Positions 1 to 11,384 are shown, numbered from the stretch's first letter. The stretch is DNA of 64,000 bases from Candidatus Marinacidobacterales bacterium (GCA_965224085.1 CBDCYI010000005.1:2112001-2176000), one strand, 5' to 3'. Numbers and translations: made by a program. The notes: a model not told the origin generated them from the letters alone.

Positions 1-1218
1 GCAGCGAAATCGCCGTAGGCGTTGATAGACCCAGGAACTCTTGACCATATCGGTCACCGCGAAGTGAGCCTTGGTAAAGGCAACATCTTCAACTCCCTTG
101 CCTTTGATGGCTTCCAAGTTTGCCTTTGAAGAAAACGCGCCATCGTAGGCAACCTGGCGCGGGGCCCGTTCGTAGAGTTCGACTTGACGGTCGATCATGG
201 TTTCCGCGAGAGTTGAATCGGACGGATTCCCATCCAAGATCACGCAATCCAAAATCATCGAGGACGAGCCACCAGTCAAACACACCTTGTGACCGTAGAG
301 AGTCTCGCGCCGGTCTTTGCGAATAATGTCGGTGTGTTCTTCGAAGATCGAAACGACCTTTTCCTCCGCAGGCACACGCTCTTCATCAATCACTCTACGC
401 CGAGTTTGGTTGATGACTTTTTCGGTGAGGACGAGAAAGTGCTTAAAATCCGCGGCGATCTTCTCCGCACTCGCTCGCTTCACCGGCTCGGTCAAGCCGG
501 ACTCGTCCAACTGGTCTGCAACGCGTTGAGCGGAGCGATAGGTTTCTTCCGACACCTTCAGTAGATCTCGATAGACGCGACGCCTTTGTTCCTTATCCTT
601 CGCGTTTAGAACTCCCAGTCGACGTCTCTTCGCTCGACGCGTTCGATTGCCGAAGACCACTACTGTACCCAGCAGTTCGCGAGTTCGGCACATGAGGCGA
701 GTGAGAACTCGGACGCAGTCATAAAGAAGCTCGGAGTCCGTAGGAGAATGAATATTCGACTCCACTACCGTGCAGTCCACTCGTACTTTTCTTCCTTTTT
801 CGATCGCGGTCTTCTCGGCAACACTCACCAACTCTCGGTTGATTTTCTCCAGCGTTTCGAACTTCACGGCTTTGATGTTTGCTGCTAGGGTCGACTTCGA
901 CGGGCTCGGCTCTATGATGCCGAGCTGGCAAAACGTCCGATAGCTTCGAGAGTCTGCCAAGTGAAACGCCAGCTCCCGATAGGTGAACTGATTCAGCTGC
1001 TTGACCAACAACGCCCGGAGAACCTGCTCCGCGCTCATTCCCCCACGACCAACATCGCTCCCTGCCGATGGGGTGACCGACCTCAGGTCTTGCAGTACCA
1101 GCTCATTGAGCTTAGGATGGGCATCGAGCACCGACGAGATCGCTTCGAGCTCGCGCGCGTGCTCCACCTCCAGCCAGGGCTCGCATAGGCTTGGTTGTGG
1201 AATGATTGTTTTTCGCAT
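1..1218 (-). CDS. IS transposase (ISNCY/IS5-like DDE), runs off the left edge of the window
   Basis: Manual translation from the ATG at 1218: MRKTIIPQPSL...RELAFHLADSRSYRTF...KVRVDCTVVESNIHSPTDS...EKVVSIFEEHTDIIRKDRRETLYGHKVCLTGG...GNPSDS. It is missing from the ORF track because there is no stop inside the window. Confidence 0.85.
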   Translation of the reverse strand, partial: MRKTIIPQPSLCEPWLEVEHARELEAISSVLDAHPKLNELVLQDLRSVTPSAGSDVGRGGMSAEQVLRALLVKQLNQFTYRELAFHLADSRSYRTFCQLGIIEPSPSKSTLAANIKAVKFETLEKINRELVSVAEKTAIEKGRKVRVDCTVVESNIHSPTDSELLYDCVRVLTRLMCRTRELLGTVVVFGNRTRRAKRRRLGVLNAKDKEQRRRVYRDLLKVSEETYRSAQRVADQLDESGLTEPVKRASAEKIAADFKHFLVLTEKVINQTRRRVIDEERVPAEEKVVSIFEEHTDIIRKDRRETLYGHKVCLTGGSSSMILDCVILDGNPSDSTLAETMIDRQVELYERAPRQVAYDGAFSSKANLEAIKGKGVEDVAFTKAHFAVTDMVKSSWVYQRLRRFRC

Positions 1219-1366
1219 TTAGGGCTGGTCTCCTTTGGAGTTAAGTCGTTTAGACTCTTGTTTTTGACGACTTCGATTCTAAGCGACAACCCCTCAGAAG
1301 ACTAGCCCTAAATTTGCGATTACTCCCTTTTTCTCAACCTCTTACGTCCGCCAGGACGGGTACTAG
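1..1366 (-). mobile_element. ISNCY/IS5-like insertion sequence (partial); end near GGACGGGTACTAG|CTAG
   Basis: Transposase plus a non-coding leader ending at TACTAGCTAG (1361-1370), where the neighbouring gene's reading frame stops abruptly. The end position is approximate. Confidence 0.6.
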
Positions 1367-4366
1367 CTAGGTTTTCAAATCGCGCGTCACGATGTCGACG
1401 ATCTCCAAAATGCGAAAGCGCTGCTCCGAAGTCACTTCGAGAACCACATCGCGCTTGAGACGCTCGGCGCCTTCGGGGCCGGTCTTCGCCAAAGGCCTGC
1501 GGCGAGATGGCGTGTCCGGAAGTCTTTCTCCTGCTTGATGACTTCGATGAGAAGGGGGATACCCGGCTCACCCATGCTCTCGAGGACCTGCGCCGCTTGA
1601 TGCTGGCGCGAGGGCTCTTTCGACTGAAGCTCGTTCATCAGTAGCGCTTTCGTCGCCACGTCCATCTTACGATTCAGGACGGCGAAGCCTCGACCCGATG
1701 CGTTGGGGTGTTCGAGCAGAGGGCGTTGGCGCTCGCGGAGCTCCGAGAAGATGCGGCTCGCGAGCGCATAGTCCCCAAATTGGAGAGCACCTTTCGTCAT
1801 CTCGTGCAGCAGATTGGCGATCTCGGCGACAAGTCGCTCGTCGTCTTCCTCCTTGAAGGCGAGAATCAAGTAGTCGATGGAGAGCACGGCAAACTGATGT
1901 TGGAGAGCGTGGATGAGCGTGTCCAGGAGCTCGCGGCAGCTACGAACGAGTCTCGACCGCGCTGGACTTTCATGGCTCGTGTAGGAGCCGAAGAGCTTGT
2001 GTAGAACTTTTCTCAACAGGTCTCGATCGCCCTTCATGAGAAGCTCTTTCGCGACCGTCGGCAAGTTCTCCAGGAGTACATCGGTCGCCACGAGCTCGGC
2101 CGTCGTGGCATCGTCCAGCTCAGCCGAAAGACTCTCGTCCGCCTCGACGGACTGGAGCACGTCACCGACCGATACCCCGTAATGACGATCGCTGAATACG
2201 ATGCCCTCGATCCCCTTCTCTTTGGCGAGCTGCTGCCAAAAGGAGGGCTCCAAATCCGGTGGAAGGTCTTTGAGCGCACCGATGAACGCTTCGGAATCCG
2301 CTTCGGTCACGGTCTCCAGAAACTTCAGACTCGTCAGCTCGGTTTCCGTCAAAAAATGGACAAAACTGTCCGAGAGATCTTCAAAGCCCGAACTATTCAC
2401 TCGGTGACCGTTGACGAGAAGGACATCACCTCCGCTCACCGGAATAGTTTTCCGCCTCTTGTCGGCTGAAGGTCTGCTTATCGAAGTCGATGCGGATTTG
2501 CTCGAAGCGTGACGCTTTGTCCCGATCGGAGGAGAGTTTGTAGTGATAGGCGAGGATGGCCGCCGATGTCTCCAAGTGGTCCTGGTGCAGGTCCTCCTGA
2601 TAGGTACCCATGCGCCCGTGCAGCTCTTCGCGACGCAACTGATTCATCGAGCCGTAGACAATGTCGAGGACGCGTTTCGAGAGAAAGCGCATCGTCTCGT
2701 CATTGATGTGGAAATTCGAACGCAATAGTCCGAGATCCTCCGCGCGGTCCATGAACTCCAAGACCTTACTCTCGGAGACTTCCGACGCGCCTGTGACCAT
2801 ACTCAGAGGAACGTCCTCGCCGAGAGTCGAGACTTGCTCGAGGAGCCTACGGCCGTCGTCGTCGAGCGCGGCGAGCTTGTGCATCACGATCTCTTCGAGC
2901 GAGCGCGGCAAATATCCTCGCTCGGTGGCCTCGAGCACCCAGCGCTGCCCCTCCAACTTCAGCTTCTGATCGAGAACGAGCTTGCGAATGATCTCGGAAA
3001 GAAAAAGCGGATTCCCTTGCGTAATCTCGACGAGCTCCTCTGAAAGACCGTCGGGAATCTCGAGGCCCGGAAACACGCCCTCGAGGTGGCTCATGATATC
3101 GGAAGCCTGAAGCGCCCCCAACTTCAGATGCTCGACCGAGACCTCGTCCTCACTCTTCTCGATGAATCGTTTGAACGGAAAGTCTTCGTCCTTCTGCTCC
3201 GGAGCGACAGCCTCAGTGACCGCCCCGCAGACGAGAAAGCTGCGCTTCTGCCGACCCAAGGCTCAGAGCAGAACAAGGCTAGCGTCGTCGACATATTGCA
3301 ATTCGTCTACAAGCAGCACGAGAGGTTTCTCGTCGAGGAGCTTTGTCAGCAAGCGGACGAGTGCTTTGAAGAGTCCTTCTCGCTGCAGCTCCGGAGATTC
3401 GGCGTCTTCCGGCGCGTCGCCTTCGAGATGCGGAAGCACCCGAGAGAGATAGAGATGCTCTTTCGCATCGAGCCCATCGAGAACCGAAACGCCATGATCC
3501 TCGAGGGCGTTCAAGAGAGCAACGATCACGTCTCCGATGGCATAGTAGGCGCGAAATCCCTCCTGTGGCCGGCCGGCGATACGAACCACGTGGAGCGCAT
3601 TGTTTGATGCGAGGCTGCGCCGCACGGTTTCGATGAGGGTGCTCTTGCCCATACCGGGAGCGCCTTCGAGAATAACGAAGCACGATTTTCCCAAGCTCAA
3701 GGCCCCCAGAGCCTCCGAGACCGCTGCAAGCTCGCGGCTTCTCCCTGCGATCTCGGCACCTTCTAAGCGATGAAGCGCCGTTTTGCGTGAGGTCTTCTCG
3801 GCGTCGATCTCGGCGGCGATCGAGACACGATTGCGTCCGAGGGCTTTGGATGTATAGAGCGCGGTGTCCGCGATGCGAATGAGATCGCTACTCGTCGCCG
3901 CATCGTCACGCGCCGAAGCAACACCGATGCTAAGCGAGATCTTCAGCTCTTCATTCCGGCCCTCGAGAGTAAGGGTCTTCTCCTTGGTAAGCTGGTTCAA
4001 TCGATGGGCGTGCTGCACGGCAAAATCGGGCGCGGTATTCGGCATGATCACCATGAACTCATCGCCACCGAAGCGAACGGGGAAGAACGTCTCCCCTGCG
4101 ACTTCCTTGAGAAGCCCGGCGACGAAGTTCAGAGCTTCGTCTCCCGCGTCGTGCCCATAGGTGTCGTTAACTTCTTTGAAGAGGTCGACATCTACGACCA
4201 TCAAAGAGAGAGGGAAGCTCTCCTCGCTTTCCCAACGGACCTTGTGCTCGAAGTAGCTGTGAAGGAATCGGCGGTTATGGAGACCGGTGAGCTCGTCTTC
4301 GAAGATCAGACGAGCGGGATCCTTCCCTACGTTTTGAAGGAAATCAATGAGCTCTCCGTACTGCAT
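1367..4366 (-). pseudogene. Fragmented diguanylate cyclase (GGDEF)-AAA ATPase-HEAT-repeat-like protein
   Basis: RFGGDEF motif and Walker A GAPGMGKS. In-frame TGA at 3263-3265, with the frame continuing as ALGRQKRS. Frame break near 2430 and a frameshift near 1492, after which the alternative frame reads LAKTGPEGAERLKRDVVLE and ends at the IS boundary. Confidence 0.75.
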
Positions 4367-4571
4367 CTAGACGGCAGTCTCCCCGCGAGAATTCCGCTGG
4401 CTGTCCCGGGGTGCAGCCGAACGATATCGGTCCGAATGTGTGTTGTATTAACAGGTTAAAGGATAGAAACGGGACAAGCAACCTATCCGTTTTCCGGGGG
4501 GCAACCGTTTCTAGTTCGGAGGCGCCCGCAATTGCATCCCGGCCACCGACTGGGGTAAGTTCCGTAGAATC

Positions 4572-6197
4572 ATGCACCTACGCCGGCTAATCGTAGCTCT
4601 CGCCACCCTGTCTTTTACCGGGCAAAACGCATGTGCCCAGGAACCGACGCCTCGCCTCGTTCTGCTCCTCACGATCGATCAAGGCCGAGGAGACTACCTC
4701 GAGAGGTTTCAGCCAAGCTTCAAGGGCGGCTTCAAGAGGCTGCTCGAGCGCGGCGTTCTCTTTACCGACGCCCATCATTTTCACGCCGGCACGGTGACCG
4801 CTGCCGGCCACGCCTCGCTTTCGACCGGGCGCTATCCAGCACATTCGGGGATGGTCGGAAACGAGTGGTACGACCGCACCGACGGCAAGCGCGTCTATTG
4901 TGTCGAAGACGCGACGACCCAAACCCTGGTGCCCGAGGGCGCCAAACCGGGTTCCGGCGCCGGGCGCTCGCCGGCGCGGCTTCTCACGACCGGGCTTGGC
5001 GACTGGATTCAAGCAAATGACCCGGACTCCAAGGTTTTTTCGATCGGTGCCAAAGATCGTTCGGCCGTTCTCATGGGAGGCAAGAACGCCCACGGCGCTT
5101 TCTGGTTCGACACGTGGAGCGGCCAGTGGGTGACGAGCACCCACTACACTTCCGAATATTCCGCGTGGGCTCGAGAGTTTCATCGAGAGCGCGCCGCCGA
5201 TCGCTATTTCGGGCGCACGTGGACGCCGCTTGCGGTTTCCCACACGCTTCTCGACGAGATGGATATCGTTGGTACGCCAGACTTCATCCATTCGCTCGGG
5301 CGCGCCGATTTCTACCCGACAACACGTTTCTACAGCGCGCTCTATAACTCGCCGTTCATCGAATCCTATTTGCTCGATTTCGCGAAGAAGCTCGTTGTCG
5401 CGCACGAGCTCGGAGCAGACGAGAGCGTCGATGTGTTCGCGTTGAGCTTTGCGAGCGTCGACACCGTCGGTCACACATACGGGCCGAACAGTCCCGAGGT
5501 ACTGGACACCATGCTTCGCCTCGATCGCGAGCTCGGTGAGCTCTTCGATTTTCTCGACGAAACGATAGGCCTCGCGAACGTCGCCATCTCGCTCTCGGCC
5601 GATCACGGGGTCGCGTCACTTCCGGAATATCAGAGCTCGCACAACCTCCCCGGAGGACGCCTATCGGCGGACGACTACGCTTGCTTCCAGAAGGCGGGGC
5701 GCGCGTTCCAGGAACAATTCGGGAACGACGATTGGTTCCACGAGGCGCTCTATTTCAACGATGAAACTTTGAAGCGGCGGGAAGTCGAGCAGTCTAGCCT
5801 CGAATCCATGATCGCCACCGAGCTCGCTCGCTGTGGGAGCGTCGAGCGGGTTTGGACGCGGACCGAGATCGAGACCGCCTCGGAGGGAGGACTCATGGAC
5901 CCGACGCTCGAGCTCTACGTCCACTCGTTCCATCCCGAGCGTAGCCCGGATCTCTACGTGCAACGCAAGGAAGGTCTTATCGGCGGCGTCCGAGGCACGA
6001 CGCACGGCTCGCCTTACCGCTACGACACGCACGTCGTAGCACTCGTGCAGTGGCCGGGGGCTCAACAGGGCACCGTCGACGAGCGCGTCAACACGGTCGA
6101 TCTACCTGTCACGATCGCGGCCTTGCTCGGCATCAACTTCCCTGACGACGTCGACGGCGTAGACCGCTCGGGTCTCATCCGCGACCAAGGGCGCTAA
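4572..6197 (+). CDS. Alkaline phosphatase superfamily protein (PafA/NPP-like), secreted
   Basis: Signal peptide; motifs IDQGRGDYL, TVTAAGHASLSTG, DTVGHTYGP, SADHG and THGSPYRYDTHV. Confidence 0.85.
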   Translation: MHLRRLIVALATLSFTGQNACAQEPTPRLVLLLTIDQGRGDYLERFQPSFKGGFKRLLERGVLFTDAHHFHAGTVTAAGHASLSTGRYPAHSGMVGNEWYDRTDGKRVYCVEDATTQTLVPEGAKPGSGAGRSPARLLTTGLGDWIQANDPDSKVFSIGAKDRSAVLMGGKNAHGAFWFDTWSGQWVTSTHYTSEYSAWAREFHRERAADRYFGRTWTPLAVSHTLLDEMDIVGTPDFIHSLGRADFYPTTRFYSALYNSPFIESYLLDFAKKLVVAHELGADESVDVFALSFASVDTVGHTYGPNSPEVLDTMLRLDRELGELFDFLDETIGLANVAISLSADHGVASLPEYQSSHNLPGGRLSADDYACFQKAGRAFQEQFGNDDWFHEALYFNDETLKRREVEQSSLESMIATELARCGSVERVWTRTEIETASEGGLMDPTLELYVHSFHPERSPDLYVQRKEGLIGGVRGTTHGSPYRYDTHVVALVQWPGAQQGTVDERVNTVDLPVTIAALLGINFPDDVDGVDRSGLIRDQGR

Positions 6198-6203
6198 CGG
6201 ACC

Positions 6204-7346
6204 CTAACGGTCGAAGATCTCTTTCTGAACGATGAGCCGCTGGATCTGGCTCGTACCTTCGTATATTTGGTAGATCTTCGCGTCGCGATAAAGTTTTTCG
6301 ACGGGATATTCCTTGTTGAACCCGTTGCCGCCAAAGACTTGAACGGCGTCGGTGGCCACCTTCACCGCCGTATCCGCGGCAAAGAGCTTCGCGAAGGCAG
6401 CCTGCTTCGTGTTCTGCTTTCCCTGATCGATCGTCCAGGCCGATTCCCACACGAGAAGGCGGGCCGCCTGGATCGCGACCGCCATGTCGGCAATCATGAA
6501 GCCGATCGATTGGTGCTGATAGATCGGCACGCCGAAAGTCTTGCGCTCTTTCGCGTAAGCGACCGCGTGGTCGTAGGCGGATTGCGCGAGACCGATCGCG
6601 GCGGAGGCGACGACGGGGCGCGAGTGGTCGAAGGCCGCCATCGCGGCGCGCCACCCATCCCCTTCCTCACCAAGGCGGTTCGTGGCGGGGACTTTCACGT
6701 CTTGAAAGCTCACCGCGCGCGTGTCTGAGGCACGCTGGCCCATGTTGTTCTCTTTCTTGCCAACGGAGACACCTTCCGAATCTCTGGGAACGATGAAAGC
6801 GCTCATGCCGCGATAGCGTTTCTCGGTATCCGTATAGGCGACGACGAAGTACCACTCGGCGACACCGCCATTCGTGATCCACATCTTGCTGCCGTTGAGG
6901 ACGTAGTCGTCGCCGTGGCGCTTCGCCGTCGTCTTGATGCCCTGGACGTCGCTCCCCGCATCTGGCTCGGTCACGCAATAGGCCGTGAGCAGGAACTCTT
7001 CCGTCAGCGGCGTGAGCCATTTCTTTTTCTGCTCGTCGGTTCCCGCCACGATGACGGGCCCTTCGGCGAGCGTATTGGCCTCCATCGCCGTGCCGATCCC
7101 GCTGCATCCCCAAGCGACCTGCTCAGAGATAAGACAACCTTCGACAACGCCGAGCCCCAAGCCGCCATATTCTTCGGGAATATGGGTGTTCATGAGGCCG
7201 AGCTCCCACGCCTTCCGGCAAATATCTCTCGGATACTCTCCCGTTTCGTCGTGATGCGCGGCGTTGGGCGCGATCTCTTTCTCGGCGAACTCGTGGGCGA
7301 GGTCGCGAAATTGCTGTTGCTCTTCACTCAAACCGAAATCAATCAT
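6204..7346 (-). CDS. Acyl-CoA dehydrogenase (medium-chain type)
   Basis: Motifs [31 protein letters not shown] and [17 protein letters not shown]. Confidence 0.92.
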   Translation of the reverse strand: MIDFGLSEEQQQFRDLAHEFAEKEIAPNAAHHDETGEYPRDICRKAWELGLMNTHIPEEYGGLGLGVVEGCLISEQVAWGCSGIGTAMEANTLAEGPVIVAGTDEQKKKWLTPLTEEFLLTAYCVTEPDAGSDVQGIKTTAKRHGDDYVLNGSKMWITNGGVAEWYFVVAYTDTEKRYRGMSAFIVPRDSEGVSVGKKENNMGQRASDTRAVSFQDVKVPATNRLGEEGDGWRAAMAAFDHSRPVVASAAIGLAQSAYDHAVAYAKERKTFGVPIYQHQSIGFMIADMAVAIQAARLLVWESAWTIDQGKQNTKQAAFAKLFAADTAVKVATDAVQVFGGNGFNKEYPVEKLYRDAKIYQIYEGTSQIQRLIVQKEIFDR

Positions 7347-8275
7347 GACGCGTTCCCCTTGAATTGCGGACGCCTCTTCTCCTCGAAAGCCTGGATTCCC
7401 TCGAGGGCGTCATCCGATCGAAAGCAAGCGAGCTGAGCCTCGGCCTCGAAGTCGAGAACCTCGTCGAGAGACCCTCCTTCGGCGAGCGCTACGGCTTTCT
7501 TGGCGTATTGGATGGAGAGAGGGGGCGCGGCGGCGAGCGCCTCCGCGAGCTCCCAGCTGTCCTTCGCGAGCGCCTCCGATTCGACGACGCGGTTCACGAG
7601 ACCGAGACGCGACGCTTCCGCGGCGTCAATGAGGACGGCGCGCTTGATGTGGCCCACGGCTTTCGAGGCTCGGCCGGGCGGAACAAACTGCGTCGCATAG
7701 TCCAGGATCTGTGCACGGAAATCGTCTCCGTCGAAGACCTCGTTCACCATACCGATGGTCTCCGCTTCGTCGAAGCTCATGAGCTTCCCTGTCGCCATGA
7801 GCTCGATAGCGCGGGATCGCCCGACAAGACGCGCGAGGCGCTGGGTGCCGCCCGTCCCTGGAAGCACACCGAGCTGCACTTCCGGAAGTCCAATTTTTCC
7901 GCCGTCCTTTTTCGCCACCCGCAAATCGGCCGCGAGCGCCACTTCGAGCCCGCCGCCTACCGTGTGGCCGTTCAAGGCCGCGATGACGAGCTTGGGCGTT
8001 TGCTCGAATCGGTTCAGCGTTTCGTTCGCGTGGAGACAAAAATAATATTTGAAGCTCGGCGCCGCTTCGTTGAGCATGTTGATATCCGCACCGGCGCAGA
8101 AGAACTTCTCCCCTGCACCGGTGAGCACGATAACGTGCACGCTGTCGTCCAAGCGCGCCGCGAGAAGCGCGCGGTCGAGCTCTTGCATCATCTCGTAGCT
8201 GTAAGTATTGGCGGGCGGAGCTTCGAGCTCGAAGAGCGCGACGCCGTCCTGTCGCGAATCGTTGACGAGCACCAT
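7343..8275 (-). CDS. Enoyl-CoA hydratase/isomerase, apparently a chimera of two crotonase genes
   Basis: FFCAGADI, NGHTVGGGLE and GLPEVQLGVLPGTGGTQRL motifs. The start overlaps the boxB stop. The C-terminal 'GxVNxV...A...K' segment occurs twice. Confidence 0.8.
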   Translation of the reverse strand: MVLVNDSRQDGVALFELEAPPANTYSYEMMQELDRALLAARLDDSVHVIVLTGAGEKFFCAGADINMLNEAAPSFKYYFCLHANETLNRFEQTPKLVIAALNGHTVGGGLEVALAADLRVAKKDGGKIGLPEVQLGVLPGTGGTQRLARLVGRSRAIELMATGKLMSFDEAETIGMVNEVFDGDDFRAQILDYATQFVPPGRASKAVGHIKRAVLIDAAEASRLGLVNRVVESEALAKDSWELAEALAAAPPLSIQYAKKAVALAEGGSLDEVLDFEAEAQLACFRSDDALEGIQAFEEKRRPQFKGNAS

Positions 8276-9678
8276 CAGCCTTTTCTCACATATTCGAACT
8301 CGAATGGTTGACCCTTCACGCCCGATCGCGGGGGCGCTATCCAATTGGCAATTTGCCCCGGCTCGGTGACCGCATGCATCAAGCTTCGGACATAGGCGCG
8401 ATCGTCTTCCACCGGCAGCCAGAGATCCTTCTTCTCGTTCCAGACCTTCGCCGAGATGAGCTCGCCCGCGGGATTGAAGAAATGACCCGCATAGGCGCCG
8501 ATTTGGCGGTGAAAACGCCGATGCGGCATCGTCAAACGATCGGAGATGCCGGCATCTTCGAGAGTCTTGTTCCAGCGCTTGACCCCGCGCTCGCAATCCT
8601 CGATATAGTCGTCGCGCAACACTTCGTTCATGGCATTGCGCATCGGTATCTCTTCCTGCACGATCTTCCCGTCTTTTACGAGCTCCATCTGGTAGCAACT
8701 ATCGAGACATTTATGCTCGTCATAGCCGTCTTCGCGATTGCGCCCTTTGACGCCCGTGGCAAAGTACTGCGCCGCGTTCGTCGAGACTTCACCCCCGAAG
8801 AGATCCGTCGAGACGCTCACCCAGAAATTCAAATATTTCTGGATCGTTTCAAGGTCGACGCCGCCATGCCGGCGCACGTCGTCGCCGTGCTCCCCCATCA
8901 GCTGAGCGGTACGCTCGACGATGCGGCCGACCCCGGTTTCTCCTACCGACATGTGGAACGCTTCTTCCGTCAGCATGAACTTGGTCGTGCGAGAGAGCGG
9001 GTCGAAACCGCTCTCCGCGAGCGCGAGAAGCTGATATTTTCCGTCGCGGTCGGTGAACATGGTGAACATGTAGAAGTTCAGCCAGTCTTCGCATGGCTCG
9101 TTGAACGCACCAAGAATGCGGGGCTTGTCATCGTTGCCGCTCCGGCGCACGAGCAAATCCTCTGCCTCTTCGCGGCCGTCGCGGCCGAAATACGAGTGAA
9201 GGAGGTACACCATCGCCCATAGGTGGCGGCCTTCCTCGACGTTGACTTGAAACAGACTGCGGAGGTCGTAGAGACTCGGCGCCGTCTTTCCGAGCTGGCG
9301 CTGCTGCTCGACGCTCGCGGGCTCGGTATCGCCTTGAGTCACGATGAGTCGGCGCAGTTGGGTGCGGAGTTCACCCGGAACATCCTGCCACACGGGCTCG
9401 CCCTCGTGATCCCCGAAGCCGATCCTGCGATCCTCTTCCGGTGGCGTCAGGAAGATCCCCCAACGATACTCGGGCATCTTGACGTAGTCGTAATGAGCCC
9501 AACCGCCAGCATCGACCGAGATGGCCGTGCGGAGATAGACATCGTCGTTCTGGAAACCGTCGGGGCCCATCTCCATCCACCAATCGACATAGTTGGGCTG
9601 CCACTTCTCGAGCGCACGCTTGAGCTTGGGATCGCTCGACAGGTTTACGTTGTTCGGGATCTTCTCGTGAAGCTCCAT
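8275..9678 (-). CDS. boxB: Benzoyl-CoA 2,3-epoxidase subunit B
   Basis: EKIPNNVNL start, YLRTAISVD, IVTQGDTEPASVEQQ, and di-iron motifs VNVEEGRH and LTEEAFH. Confidence 0.93.
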   Translation of the reverse strand: MELHEKIPNNVNLSSDPKLKRALEKWQPNYVDWWMEMGPDGFQNDDVYLRTAISVDAGGWAHYDYVKMPEYRWGIFLTPPEEDRRIGFGDHEGEPVWQDVPGELRTQLRRLIVTQGDTEPASVEQQRQLGKTAPSLYDLRSLFQVNVEEGRHLWAMVYLLHSYFGRDGREEAEDLLVRRSGNDDKPRILGAFNEPCEDWLNFYMFTMFTDRDGKYQLLALAESGFDPLSRTTKFMLTEEAFHMSVGETGVGRIVERTAQLMGEHGDDVRRHGGVDLETIQKYLNFWVSVSTDLFGGEVSTNAAQYFATGVKGRNREDGYDEHKCLDSCYQMELVKDGKIVQEEIPMRNAMNEVLRDDYIEDCERGVKRWNKTLEDAGISDRLTMPHRRFHRQIGAYAGHFFNPAGELISAKVWNEKKDLWLPVEDDRAYVRSLMHAVTEPGQIANWIAPPRSGVKGQPFEFEYVRKG

Positions 9679-9679
9679 C

Positions 9680-11317
9680 TCAGGTCCTCCTCCAGTCGAA
9701 CTCGGGCATGCTCTGCTTGCCATAGAGCGTGAGCGCCCCTTTTTCGCCAACAGCATTCGGGCGCTGGAATATCCAGTTCTGCCAAGCCGTCAAGCGACCA
9801 AATATTTTCGTCTCCATCGTCTCCGGACCCGCGAAGCGCAGAGAGGCCTCCATGCCGGTCATGGCGTCCGGCGAGAAACCACAACGTTCCTCGATCGCGA
9901 TGCGTACTTCATCCTCCCAATCGAGATCGTCGGGCGCGAAAGTCACGAGACCGAGCTCCATTGCCGCGGTTGGGTCGATGAGCCCGTCATGGGCAAGTAC
10001 TTTTGCGAGCGTTTCCGGCTCGCCGAGAAACCGGGTCTCGAGGCGGGAAAGCCCGTTGCCCTTCGGAAACCATTCTTTGTTGAGAGGCCCGAGACCAATA
10101 CGCACGGGGTTTTTGGGATCGTCCAGCATGTAGCTGCGATCGGCGGCGAGGGCGATTTCGAGAAGGCTTCCCACGAAGCACGAGCCGGGTTCGATGAGGG
10201 CGAAGAGGCTTCGCGCCGTCTGGTCGAGACGTTTGAACGTGCGCCGCATCTTCAGAAGGATCTCCTTCACGAGCCAATCAGAAGCGTAGTCGCAGAGCGT
10301 TTTGTCGATAGCGAGCGCCGCGTCCGCATCGCCCTGGGTCTTCAAGAGTACGAGACCGCAGGTCGCGTAGTTGAAGCGAAGCTGGCAGAGCGCGTCATCG
10401 AGCTCACGCGCCATCGCGAGCGGCCAGTAATCGACACCAAGCGCGTGAATCGCTTCGGGCGTCTGAGGCTGCTCGCCTGCGGGACCACGCACGAGGATCT
10501 CGACGCGCCGCGACGCCTGGTCGATCCTAACACTGACGGTGCGATATTCGAGAGCACTCTCCGAGCGCTTGGCGTCGAGCGACTTCAGCTCGATGCCGGG
10601 ACCGTTCGCATTTCTCGTGGAAGTCGCCGCGAGTGCTTCCGCGCGCTCGCGAACAGCCTCGTCGAACCTGCTCCGAGCCGCGATGCCGTCGACCAGCCTC
10701 CACGCAACAGCACGCTTGCCTTTGATGCCTTCGACGAGCGTCGAGAAAACGTCGGCGCGATCGCGGCGCACCATGCGTTTGTCGACGAGCCGCGTGAGCC
10801 CACCTGTACCTGGCAGCACCGCGAGAAGCGGCGCTTCCGGAAGCGCGACCGCCGCGTTGCCGTCGTCGACGAGAAGAATCTCATCCGCGGCGAGCGCGAG
10901 CTCATAGCCGCCCCCCGATGTGACGCCGTTGAGCGCAGCGAGAAATTTCTGCCCGCCGTCGCGGCTCGACTCCTCCATCCCGAGCCGAGTCTCGTTGGTG
11001 AACTTGCAGAAGTTCACTTTGAAGCTGTGCGCCGAGCTGGCGAGCATATAGATGTTGGCGCCGGCCGAAAAGACCCGATCCTTCCCGCTCGTGATGACGC
11101 AGCACTTCACCTCCGGATGCTCGAAGCGAAGCCGCTCAATCGCGTCCGCGAGCTCGATATCGACGCTCAAGTCGTAGCTGTTCAGCTTCAGCTGATAGCC
11201 CGGCGTCAAGCCGCCGTCTTCCTGAACGTCGAGCGTCAACGTCGCCAGGGGACCATCGACGGACAACTTGAAATGCCGGTAGCGGCCCGGATCCGTCTCG
11301 AACTGAATGGGTTCCAT
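9680..11317 (-). CDS. boxC: 2,3-epoxybenzoyl-CoA dihydrolase
   Basis: LKLNSYDLSVDIEL, KVNFCKFTNETR and ETMETKIFGRLTAWQNWIFQRPNA; adjacent to boxB. Confidence 0.93.
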   Translation of the reverse strand: MEPIQFETDPGRYRHFKLSVDGPLATLTLDVQEDGGLTPGYQLKLNSYDLSVDIELADAIERLRFEHPEVKCCVITSGKDRVFSAGANIYMLASSAHSFKVNFCKFTNETRLGMEESSRDGGQKFLAALNGVTSGGGYELALAADEILLVDDGNAAVALPEAPLLAVLPGTGGLTRLVDKRMVRRDRADVFSTLVEGIKGKRAVAWRLVDGIAARSRFDEAVRERAEALAATSTRNANGPGIELKSLDAKRSESALEYRTVSVRIDQASRRVEILVRGPAGEQPQTPEAIHALGVDYWPLAMARELDDALCQLRFNYATCGLVLLKTQGDADAALAIDKTLCDYASDWLVKEILLKMRRTFKRLDQTARSLFALIEPGSCFVGSLLEIALAADRSYMLDDPKNPVRIGLGPLNKEWFPKGNGLSRLETRFLGEPETLAKVLAHDGLIDPTAAMELGLVTFAPDDLDWEDEVRIAIEERCGFSPDAMTGMEASLRFAGPETMETKIFGRLTAWQNWIFQRPNAVGEKGALTLYGKQSMPEFDWRRT

Positions 11318-11337
11318 CAATCCCTCCGCGAAACAAG

Positions 11338-11382
11338 CATTATACTACTTGATCGATAACAATTATATGTATTATACTGCTT
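11338..11382. promoter_or_regulatory. Divergent boxC/boxR promoter with two ATTATACT(A/G)CTT boxes, a candidate BoxR operator
   Basis: AT-rich gap carrying a 12-bp direct repeat at about 11339-11350 and at 11371-11382. It resembles a degenerate TGCA-N6-TGCA BzdR/BoxR site. Confidence 0.5.
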
Positions 11383-11384
11383 CT

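Noticed and set aside
3263-3265. In-frame TGA as selenocysteine or recoding
   Set aside because: The context is not a redox motif, and the gene has other lesions. A nonsense mutation is simpler.
7364-11359. Long plus-strand ORFs opposite the box genes (and similar ones at 24490-25983, 44873-46219 and 46798-48465)
   Set aside because: Antisense shadows expected from high GC3 codon usage; no recognisable motifs.
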